From NCBI GenBank assembly GCA_951406725.2, contig OX597836.1:23188001-23252000 (forward strand): a DNA stretch of 64,000 nucleotides, written 5' to 3'. A program made the position numbers and the translations under genes. Origin of the DNA: Octopus vulgaris (lineage: Eukaryota). Shown here piece after piece: positions 1 to 11,009 of this stretch (position 1 is the first letter of the stretch; the number at the start of each line of letters is the position of its first letter). Under the pieces are notes generated by a model. The model saw only the letters and a program-made list of their open reading frames with translations. It was not told the DNA's origin and searched no databases.

Positions 1-677
1 TGTATTTGGGCTGTGAGAATTTGTATTTGCGCAGCTTGCTGCGTCATTAATGCACGCAAATCCGAAATCTCTGAAGAACTGGTTTGTGCACGGAAAGGAT
101 TGGTACTGGGAGCGGCTGGCGTCACCGTCGATACCGTTGGATATCTGTGCGGTACTTCGGCTATTTTGTCAGCTAGCTCCGCCAGTTCTTCAAGGGATGT
201 GTTTTCTCTGGTGGACGCGAGAACAACCTGGGTATTGGAGGGCAGACGCTGGAGAAAAAGTTGCTTGAAGATTTTTTCTGGGAGCGTCTCATCTCCGAGA
301 AGCTGTTTCATTCTCCGAAGAAGCTGGGACGGCGTTTTGTCACCCAATTCTTCCGATATCAGAAGCTGGTGAAGTCTTTTTTGTTGGGATTCTGAGGTTC
401 TGTTTATTAACGTTGTTTTAAAAACTTCATATGAAACAGAACCGGGTGGTGCCATGATAAGGTCGCGTATCACGTTCGTTATTTCTGGTGACAGAGAACT
501 GATAACGTGAGAAAGTCGAGCCGCATCGCTCGATATTCTGTGAGAGGCAAACTGTGCCTCTATATGGTGAAACCACAATGTCGGGTCGTGTGTCCAGAAT
601 GGTGGAATTTTTAACGAGATCGCCGCTTGGAATGCCATGTCGATGTTGGCCGCTGGGTTTTGTTCCGGGAGATTCAT
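1..677 (-). CDS. gag: Gag of a Ty3/Gypsy LTR retrotransposon (CsRn1/Kabuki-like clade), open to the window edge
   Basis: Manual translation from ATG at 677 has no stop to position 1: MNLPEQNPAANIDMAFQAAISLKIPPFWTHDPTLWFHHIEAQF...RLHQLLISEELGDKTPSQLLRRMKQLLG...LFLQRLP...LAELADKI. The KxPPFW..LWF..EAQF and ELGDxxPSQLLRRM motifs are typical of this Gag family. Missing from the ORF track because it runs off the edge. Confidence 0.9.
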   Translation of the reverse strand, partial: MNLPEQNPAANIDMAFQAAISLKIPPFWTHDPTLWFHHIEAQFASHRISSDAARLSHVISSLSPEITNVIRDLIMAPPGSVSYEVFKTTLINRTSESQQKRLHQLLISEELGDKTPSQLLRRMKQLLGDETLPEKIFKQLFLQRLPSNTQVVLASTRENTSLEELAELADKIAEVPHRYPTVSTVTPAAPSTNPFRAQTSSSEISDLRALMTQQAAQIQILTAQI

Positions 678-782
678 TGTTTTCGTCGGAATTTTCAGTT
701 GCTTCGTTGCTGGTGATGTGCAAACTGTAATTCTTCGACGCGGTTGATGAAGCTGGTTCCAGGGAAGGCGCGATTCGTTTTA

Positions 783-793
783 CGGGGTCACCA
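783..793 (-). other. Primer-binding site complementary to the tRNA-Trp 3' end
   Basis: Minus strand reads ...CTACA-TT-TGGTGACCCCG: an LTR-type CA end, a 2-nt spacer, then 11 nt matching the tRNA-Trp PBS (TGGTGACCCCG...) used by CsRn1-clade elements. Confidence 0.85.
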
Positions 794-795
794 AA

Positions 796-1136
796 TGTAG
801 TGGATGCGTGGATGTATTAATAAATACATAAGTGCTTTGTAATAAATTAAAGATTTATTATCACTACATCAATTTGTAAGCAATGTTACACATCGCTTGT
901 ACAAAATGCATATTAAATAGTGGTTGCAAATAATACATATTAAAGGAATGCATAATACAGGATACACATTAAAGCAGAATATGTTTGATGGTGCGTGTGT
1001 GTGCGTGTGTGTAAATCATGCATGACAGAGTCACCTTTCTGAATATTCTTTCGTTGTCCTCATAAATGCGTGACGTTCTCTTAAACGTTGGTTCGGCTTC
1101 TCTCCAGATACCTATTTCTCCGTTCTATTTATAACA
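796..1136 (-). mobile_element. 5' LTR of the Gypsy element
   Basis: The 3' end (CA at 796-797) is fixed by the adjacent PBS and there is an internal AATAAA. The 5' end TGTTA at 1136 is a best guess, since the second LTR is outside the window. Confidence 0.55.
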
Positions 1137-1376
1137 TCTCAAATAGCCAGAAAAATAGATATACCGCAAGAGTGTTATTGCGTACAGTAGGTCGCTGGTC
1201 GTCCTGTTAAACTTCGCCTGACCTGCTCGGGTCAGAGGTCGAAGGGAGACGATCCATCATTTTTTGTCAGAACAAAGAGATTCTGATTTCGCGCCTTTTT
1301 GTGCATTGGTATTTTACGACCAATGATTCTTGGGTCTGATTTCGAATCCAAGCTTTGAGAAGGAAGTGCTAATTCT

Positions 1377-1423
<47 letters not shown>

Positions 1424-2161
1424 TTCGAGTAACAGCTTTTGTTAAATTTCTGCTGATTTAAATAAAGTATATATATATATATATAAAATTACCTGTTAAA
1501 GTTGGTTTTTCTTGTATTTAAATGTACACTAGGATCTTGTCTGCCGTTCAAAAGGAAAAGATGCGTACAGTATTATTTATATATATATGTGTAGCATAAC
1601 TACAGATTCTTGCCTCCCCACCGACTTTGGATGATCATAACATTGTCTACGAATATGTGTTATATCATGTAGATTCCGAATATGCAAAACTTTTGGGGGA
1701 AATCTGTTTTAGGAGGGGTGGGTGGGGAATTTCGGAAAATTCACCGGCGTCCACTTCAATTCGCCTTAACTTTCAAGAAAATAGATATTTTTTAATGAAA
1801 TTTTCTACAAATATATCTCGGACTATGTAGATTCCGAGAACATAGAAGGAGGAAAACAATTGGGAGCTACTTTTGAGGACCGTTCCCCACTCGGGGGTGT
1901 TTCGGAACAAGTCCATATTTGTTTCATTTTCTCCGTTTTGTGCATCCGTAGATTTCTATTGAAGCGGCAGGCATGAAGCTCAGGTCCGTGTGTTTCACAT
2001 TAGGTTGGAGATGGGAAGGATAGCTTCCCTTTGCAAATACTGATAGGGCACAGAAAGTGTGTCAATAGCCAGCTGGAGGAGGTGTTCTCCTGGGGCTACA
2101 AGCTACAGTAGCATCCACCTTTAAGAGTTAACCACATTTAAGGGGCAAATATACTTCACAA

Positions 2162-3235
2162 TGTAGTGCAGCTACTGTGTATACCTCACAAAATTTTGAA
2201 ACCGAAATCTGCAGTAGCATAAATTGAATGTTTCATGAACATTACATATTGATAGAAAGAAAAAATGATTTTATCTGTAGCAGACTCTCTCTCTCTCTCT
2301 GTTATATATACATAAGTATGGACGTAGTAGATAACAGCTAGCCTTCGGCCACCCTTTTGCGCCCTGTTGTGTCTGCTACTCTGATTGGTTGGTATTGGCG
2401 CATGTTTGTCTCTTGTTCTATTGCGTACCAATATGCAACCCAACCAATCGCAGCCTTCTGATAAGATCACGTGAGAAGTCTCTTCCAAACATCCAGTGAG
2501 CCGATAGTACTGTATAAAAAGCTAACTTCAACACCGTCTTTCGGTTCCAGACCTCTTAAGGTCTAATCACTGACCACAGAGCACACAGCCAGTTTCAGTG
2601 ACCACACAACAGCAGCCACATGGAGACTTGACTTCGTCCAGCAGCAATCTGGACCTCCATCTCCGTCGCCAACAACATTTCTCTACATACACAGCCACCA
2701 GAAACCATCACACAGGTTCTATCTCAACACTGTTTGTGAATTACTTCACCATGGTTAACAGCAAATACAACCTGTGAGAGCTTTTGTAACAAGTAACCGG
2801 CTCTGCATAGTAGCCACAGCTTCACGCATGACACGTGCCTCAATTGGTTCTGCATTGCAGCCTCAACTTCTTGTTACTGCACTTCAACTATTGTGTGCCT
2901 TGACTACAAACTGGTATTTATCATCCTTGTGTCTGAACATTCTTCTAGCGTCCTATTATAGACTCTTTCAATACTCACTATTTTATTGCACTCACATACA
3001 CACTTTGTATACATGACAGCCTGTCTATTATTATGCATATGTGATGCACACAAAGACACACATGTTAACCTATCAATAGAATCTTCTCTTAAACATTCTA
3101 CCGGTTGTGTCTCTCTTTCCCTTCTGGCACTCATACTCATATTTATTGTAATCGACCATGTGGCATACTAAAGGAGCCATTCTCATCACCCCTCCTTTGC
3201 ACCGTCATTCTACAATTTCTTAGATAGCTGCAGCA
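2162..3235 (+). mobile_element. Possible solo LTR
   Basis: Starts TGTAGTGCAGCTA and ends TAGCTGCAGCA (imperfect inverted ends, TG...CA), with CCAAT-like motifs and TATAAAAA at ~2513. No target-site duplication found. Confidence 0.3.
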
Positions 3236-3277
3236 TGGAAGAGGCATTTAACAACACACAAAAATGTTAAATTCACT

Positions 3278-3283
3278 TTTATT
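3278..3283 (-). terminator. Candidate polyadenylation signal for REC114
   Basis: AATAAA on the minus strand about 215 nt downstream of the stop codon. Confidence 0.45.
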
Positions 3284-3497
3284 TCATGAGGTATGTCAAC
3301 ATAAAGTCTCAGATCAAGTACAACTCCAAGATTTCTGAGATATGTAAAAGAAGAGCCTAAGAAAATATTTCTAACAATCTCAGCAGTTAGAATTTAATTT
3401 GTGAATATGTGTGTGTGTGTGTGTGTGTGTGTGAATGTCAGACTATGTATTCCATAATCCAAAAGCTACCGAATATTCATGCTTTCGGTTCAAAGAA

Positions 3498-5329
3498 CTA
3501 TTTTTTCAAATTATAAATATGTTGTTCAACTTGATTCACAAAAACTGGAAACATTGGATCAGATAGACAGAGATGCAGGATTTTATCAAGTCTTTCTTCT
3601 TTGAATTTACTCGCCTGATATGCTCTACTCAGTTCTGTTTGGTCTTGCTTCAGTAAGATCTGGCACAGAGATAGATATATATAAGTAAAGATAGTTTTAT
3701 TTAAAAAAAAAAGACAAGAAATCTTTCATTTACTTCTCCACTAACATAAGAACAAAAATATAATTACAACACATAAGACGGGGTGGACTGGTAGACATTA
3801 GAGCATTGTAACCAATACTCTGGCTCTCTGTATGCTGAGTTTAAACCCTGCCGAGGCCAGGTTTACTTCTAATCCCTGGGACTGATAAATAAAATACCAG
3901 TCAAATACAATTACTGATTTCCCACCCCTCTCTGTCTGTCTCTTCTCCCTATCTTTATAGATATATAATGTTAGAACAAGGATCAATTTGTTTGACTAAA
4001 CCCCTTAAGGTGGTGCCCCAGCATGACCACTATAATTTTGTGGACAAAACAAGAAAGAAAGAGACTGGTTATACTTTCTTCAGTTTTATAGAAGTTGTCT
4101 CTCCTTTGTGTCAACCAGGGTCCATATGGCCCTTGCAGGTCCACAGGAGGTTTTGTTGTTAAAAATTATCTGCAATAAATTAGTTATACTTCAATAAGAC
4201 GCAAAATATTTTCACAACTTTTTTTTAACAGTTTCTAAAAACATTTAATTACAAAAATATAATGGGATTTTTTAAAACATCAAATGGTTACAAGGATCCA
4301 TCAGAGTGAAACAAGAAATGAGTGGGGGGTGTGTGTCCCTAGATAAAAAATGGTTGAGAACCACTGGCATAAACAGTTAAAATCATAAGGCATATATATA
4401 TATATATAATACATATATACCTAATTAAATTACTATCTGTTGAAGTAGCCATATCTATATATATAAAACTCTAGTTGTGTGAGTGTCTGTCCCCTTCGAT
4501 TTAGATTCCTAACTCCTCCCACATTTTGCGGTGCAGTTTAACCAAATTCGGGTATCTTATTGTCGGGATTCATATCGAGCCCGTCTGGCTATTAGCGCGC
4601 GTCAACGATGAGTCTACGATTTTAAAAATAATTTAACATCATTTTTTATTCCATTTTAATGCATAATTTTTCGTGTGTCGATGGCGGCGGAGTTGGCGTC
4701 CACGCTCACAGCTGCACCTGTTTGCTTCTCCCCTTCTTCCCTCCCTCGTGAAGCTGTGGGGAAGGGAGTGTAAAGAAATCAACGTCGTAATGCGTTGTCA
4801 AGGAGACCAGCGTTCTTTTAGAACAACGACTTCATGGCTTGAAGACACCAAAACAGAAATGGCTAAGAAAGCCCGAATTGGCATCTATAAGGGAAGTAAC
4901 TCTCTAAAAATGCTTATATAGTTATTTCCCTTACAAACCCGAGCAACGCCGGGCGATACTGCTAGTTAGCTTATAAAAAGCAATAAACATATAGCGTATG
5001 ACATGACTGAAATTTATCTTTGCTCCTCTGTAAACTGTTAATATTTCATAAATCTTATTCCCTACTGAAAATCTTCCAGAGGTTTAATATGTTACAGATG
5101 TTTTGTTAATATATCACAGATGGGTTATGTTATAACCATTTGCCATCTGTTTCATTTGTAACTTTACTTTCAGTACAAATGCAACTCTTCCTTTCTACTC
5201 TCTTCCTCAGTTCACTTCACCTGATTCTTAATTCCTTTCATTGCATCCATCTTCTCACTTCTCATAGTCAACAAAATCTGCATTAGAAATATTTTTGTAA
5301 TTAAAGAAAAAAAAGAAAGAAGAAACCAC

Positions 5330-5369
<40 letters not shown>

Positions 5370-5674
5370 GGTACGTACGCCGCTATATATATTATATGTA
5401 TAAAAATACAAACTGGGATAAGAACGCAAAACATTTAGGAGACGATACAAAAAACACGGACGGGACATTCGAAGCCTTCAATCTTCAGTCAAGAACCGGA
5501 TCGTCCTCGCAATTTTGGCTGATTAATCTTGATGTTGCTCCAATCTGGCCAGCCCCAAGGAAAAACTAAGCTAAGCGCAGTAGATTCCTTGGAAGAAAGC
5601 TTCAAATGTATACAAAACAAGGGCGGAAAAACGGATGATGTTACACAAATATGAATACAAAAATAACACATAAA

Positions 5675-5722
<48 letters not shown>

Positions 5723-7409
5723 CCTGGCTTTTTAAGAAAATAAAAATTGATTCCAAAATTTACTTCAGCTATTTTATCAACTGTGACTTCTTCATGAGTT
5801 GTGGTAGCTAATGCGGTATTGGCATCAAAACCCTGAAAATATAATGGTTCAAATATAGAAAATTATTTCAATCAATGGTAAGCTGAGCTATCCAACAACT
5901 TTCATCCTAGTAGTTAGTGATGTGCTACATATGGAGTGGTTGCAAAGGAACTTCTATGCAATGTGTAGCAGCGATTCACAACCGAATTACTTGGTAGGCA
6001 AACATATTCACGACCAAACCATAGTAGCCTATTAAATGATCAATCAATGTGAAGCCATCACATGATTTCATTTTCTAGAACTCTCTCTTTGTGCCCTATA
6101 TAAAGGTGGTTTTTGGTGGTAATCACAAAATGGTGACGCAGCCACATGATGTCTCCATTCTCATTACCACATCCAGTTGATTAAGACACACGGCAGACAG
6201 CAGAGAAGAATTTTCATTGCCACAAATATTGTGTAATTACTTTTCGGTTGTGATGGACCAACCACAAATTGCTATACCAGTTAACTCGTCATAAATCTCA
6301 AGCAGTGTCTCTCTCCCAGAATGTAATTATTGCTGTTAGTATTTGTTAAAAGACCAACACAGAAAATACTATGTACAATATATAAACATCCTCTGTTAAT
6401 TGTTCACAAGTGTTTTTAGTTACTTACTCTTTTACTTGTTTCAGTCATTTGACTGTGGCCATGCTGGAGCACCGCCTTTAGTCGAGCAAATCGACCCCGG
6501 GACTTATTCTTTGTAAGCCCAGTACTTATTCTATCGGTCTCTTTTGCCGAACCACCAAGTGACGGGGATGTAAACACACCAGCATCGGATGTCAAGCCAT
6601 GCTAGGGGGACAAACACAGACACACAAACACATACACACACATACATATATACGACAGGCTTCTTTCAGTTTCCGTCTACCAAATCCACTCACAAGGCAT
6701 TGGTCGGCCCGGGGCTATAGCAGAAGACACTTGCCCAAGATGCCACGCAGTGGGACTGAACCCGGAACCATGTGGCTGGTTAGCAAGCTACTTACCACAC
6801 AGCCACTCCTGCGCCACTACTTGTTCATATGGCCCGAGAAATACATTTTCATTCCCTAACTCAACAGAAACCATAGCAGTATTTGATAAAATGCCCACAT
6901 GACACACACATATATACCTACAATCTTCTCTGTAAATCTGCCCATGATGTCACACCATCTCTTGTGGCAGTATTTTTACTCCTGTTTACTGATATTTGGA
7001 GTTCTTCTAAGGAAATTAGGGAGTTTATAAGCTTTTTCTCAGTTATTTGAAATGGTGTTCAGAACTTGGACACTGCATCTTCTTCTCTCAGATTTTGCTG
7101 GGTGACATCTTTGGCTAATGTTTTCTATCAGAATTCAGGTTGACTAAAACCTTGTGAGTGAAATTCAGTAGATGGAAACGGTGCAGAAACATATTATCTG
7201 ATGTGTGTGTGTTGTGTATGTATGTGTGTGTGTGTGTGTGTGTGCATGCATGTGTGTGCATACATCGTTGTTTTAATGTCTACATTTTATATGATGTATA
7301 ATTAATGTTGTATCAATCCTTTTGGAGTGGTGTTGATATGTACAGAGGTTGATAGTATTGGCAAACCCCCTCCCCTTAAAATTTCTGGCCTTGTGCCTTA
7401 ATTAGAAAC

Positions 7410-7440
<31 letters not shown>

Positions 7441-10341
7441 GATAATATTACTATCATCATTAGGGTGGCAAGCTGGCAGAATCGTTAGCGCACCAGAGAA
7501 AATGCTTAGCAGCAGTCCTTACATTCTGAGTTCAAATTCCCCTGAGGTTGACTCTACCTTTCATCTTTTTTATGGTCGATAAAGTAAACACCAGTTGAGC
7601 ACTGGTATTGATGATATTTCAGGCCATCTACCTCTAACAGAAAGGATTATTATTATTAGGCAGCATGTTGACAGAGTTTTTAGAGCAATTTACACAAGCA
7701 TGTACCTGACTCATACGTTGTTTGCTTTCCAGACATTTGTACATTACTGCATATACTTTATATGCACTTTCTGACAAGTTGTGGTGCACCTGAGCACTGT
7801 ATACAATAATTTCATTATTATTATTATTATTTCACATTTTGAATTCAAATCCTGCTGAGGTTAAATTTTTCGCCTCCCCGTCACCTAAACTTCAGGCTTT
7901 GTACCTATAGTAGAAAAGATTATTATTATTATTAGGGTGGCAAGCTGTCAGAATCCTTAGCATGCCAGACAAAATGCTTAGCAGCATTCCATCCATCTTT
8001 ACATTCAAATTCCGCCGTAATTTTGATGCTATTGTGAATGGAGTTACAAAGTTTTTAATCACAGGAATAGAAATTAATATGACTTACCTTGGCTATGTAT
8101 TCTGCATGGCTGTTATACAATTGTTTTATAGTGAAAAACCTTGCTAAAGTTGCTACACTATGAAGACAGGATTCTTCACCACTCTTGTTATTGTTCACAG
8201 AAAACTTTATTTTGAAACGGCGAATGCAGTTCTGTAAATGTATAACAAAACTATAAAATGTGAATTAAATTTAATGTGTTATTTGACGAGTTGTTAATTA
8301 GAAAAAAACTATTATTGACAAACGGATAGTGTTTGTAATTCTGTATAGAGGGCTTTGTTTAAGTCCATCTCTGCTGTGCCACAACAAATGTAGTGCACCT
8401 GAGCACTGTACACAATTATTATTATTATTATTATTAAACTGCTTACCAAAGTAAAACAGCAGTCACAGACAAACCCTCACTTCTCTTGGCCTTTATCAAC
8501 TGAATAACCAAGTCAAAATGTAATTACACGCAAGACATTTTATCATAAAGACAACAACTTCTCAACACAGAAAGTATAGCCATGCTAAATAATCTTCACC
8601 ACATGACCATTGTCTTAGGCCCTTTTATAAAACATTCTTTTCAGTTAAAAACTGAAATTAATTTAATAGTATTGCTTCAAGGGAAAATTTGATATATTTA
8701 ATTTTAACAACTTGGTATGCAATTTAACTCTTTAGTGTTCAGATAATTCTGTCAAATGTGATGTTTGTTTATTTAAAATGGTTTGAATTAATCATGCATT
8801 ATCTTTTAGTTTAGAGATTTCAGTGATGTGATTTTTTAGATTTAGAACGACATGGTAGGGCTGAGGTGAGTGGCAAGATCTGGTCAGTTTCAATATAAAA
8901 CAGGTTTAATATTTTGGCCAGATATGGCCAGTTTGAATGCTAAAGGGTTAAATAACACAAAACGATAATATATTTCTCTGGTTACCAGTTTAGTTATCTG
9001 GTTCTCAGTTTAATTTCACAAAGGAAGAAATTATGAAATATTTTATAATGTTACTAAATATCTGGATAAGCTTATGATTGGCCCTATAACAAACCTTTCA
9101 CGAGAAGAGTCCCACTACTTGAAGAGAACCACAGAGAGAGGTACTTGTGCAATTAAGGGGAAATCACTGATGATGGTGTTACTTTTATATGATAATCAAT
9201 GTTATTTTGTTTTCTTCACCCTGCAACATTATTCAGATTTTGTTCCACCTGGCCTTGGGCTGCCTTTTGCATAATTTATTCCATTACAAGAGTCTGGCAT
9301 AGAGCCCTTCTTCTCCGATCCCTTTCCATACAATATTCTGAATATCCTGAAGATATTCAGGTTAAGCATTAGTCTGATAAGGCTTGCCATGGCTGTAGCT
9401 ATTACTCCACTAATCCTGACTGACTTAAATGTACACATACAAGAAATGTTTATAATATATATATACAAAAGAAGCAACAACAAGGACATTGAATACAATA
9501 CTTACTTCTTATTCCTTTACTACCCACAAGGGGCTAAACACAGAGGGGACAAACAAGGAGAAACGAATGGATTAAGTCGATTATATTGAGCCCAGTGCGT
9601 AACTGGTACTTGTTTAATCGACCCCGAAAGGATGAAAGGCAAAGTCGACCTTGGCGGAATTTGAACTCAGAACGTAGCGGCAGACAAAATACCACTAAGC
9701 ATATCGCCCGGCGTGCTAACGTTTCTACCAGCTCGCCGCCTTCTACAATACTTACTTCAGTTAACTGATTTACAAACAACATGCAGTCAGCAGAAAAAAA
9801 TACAGTTATATTGCTTGATCCTCCGACAACAGCATGGTTTTCCTGGAAAGGAATGGTATATTATTAAGTAATAGTTATATGTATGTTAATGCTGTATAAT
9901 TAATAAATATCATCTATCTTTGGATCGGTCTCACCATATTTGTAAATATGTGTTATGTTTGTATGTTACGATGAATATGCATCAAAATCAAAATCAAAAT
10001 CGAAATCGATCAACATCAATGGAAATTGCAGCTGTGATACCAGTGCCGGTGGTACGTAAGAGAACCATCCGAACGTGGCCGTTGCCAGTGCCGCCCTGAC
10101 TGGCCTCGTGCCAGTGGCACGTAAAAAGCACCATCCAATTGTGGCTGTTTGCCAGCTTCGTCTGGCACCTGTGCTGGTGGCACGTAAAAGCATCCACTAC
10201 ACTCACGGAGTGGTTGGCGTTAGGAAGGGCATCCAGCCATGAAAAACATTGCCAGATCAGACTGGGCCTGGTGCAGCCTTCTGGCTTCCCAGACCCCAGT
10301 TGAACCGTCCAACCCATGCTAGCATGGAAAGCGGACGCTAA

Positions 10342-10395
<54 letters not shown>

Positions 10396-10977
10396 GCTGC
10401 TTCTTTACAGAAGGCCATCTCTTCAATTAATAAATCCTGTCATGAGATCTTATGTGACTAGCGAGTCCTGCTCTTGACAAACAAACTCTACTGCAGATCT
10501 TACAAATATGTCTAAGCAGAAAAGTGTCAGGGATTGCAGTTAAGTCCTGTCTACGAAGTGTTTGTTTCAAGATAGATTGTTCAATTCTTTGAGCTTTAAA
10601 TGCTTTACATCTATTGTAGATCATTTGTTTCCAAACCTATTGATCTTGTGTCATCTGCTCCCAGTCTTCCCCTTTCACATTAATAGCCTTAAGGTAGCTT
10701 TTGACAGCATCCCTAAAAGGTTTCTTAGGTTTATGTCTCAGATGTACACACACACACACACACAACTATACATACATACATATATGCCTACATATATATA
10801 GTTGTGGGGCTTGGGTGTGTGGCTAAGAAATTTGATTTTCAACCGCATGGTTTCAGGTTTAGTCCCATAGTGAGACATCTTGGGCAAGAGTGTCTTCTAT
10901 GATGGCCCTAGGGTGATTCTAGCCTTGCAAAGAGATTTGGTAGACAAATTAAAAGATGCCAATCATGTATGTAAGTT

Positions 10978-11009
<32 letters not shown>

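Noticed and set aside
8441-8520. Donor-like TTG|GTAAGC in REC114 intron 3
   Set aside because: The phase-0 frame has a TGA 11 codons upstream and no convincing acceptor; exons 3 and 4 join correctly without it.
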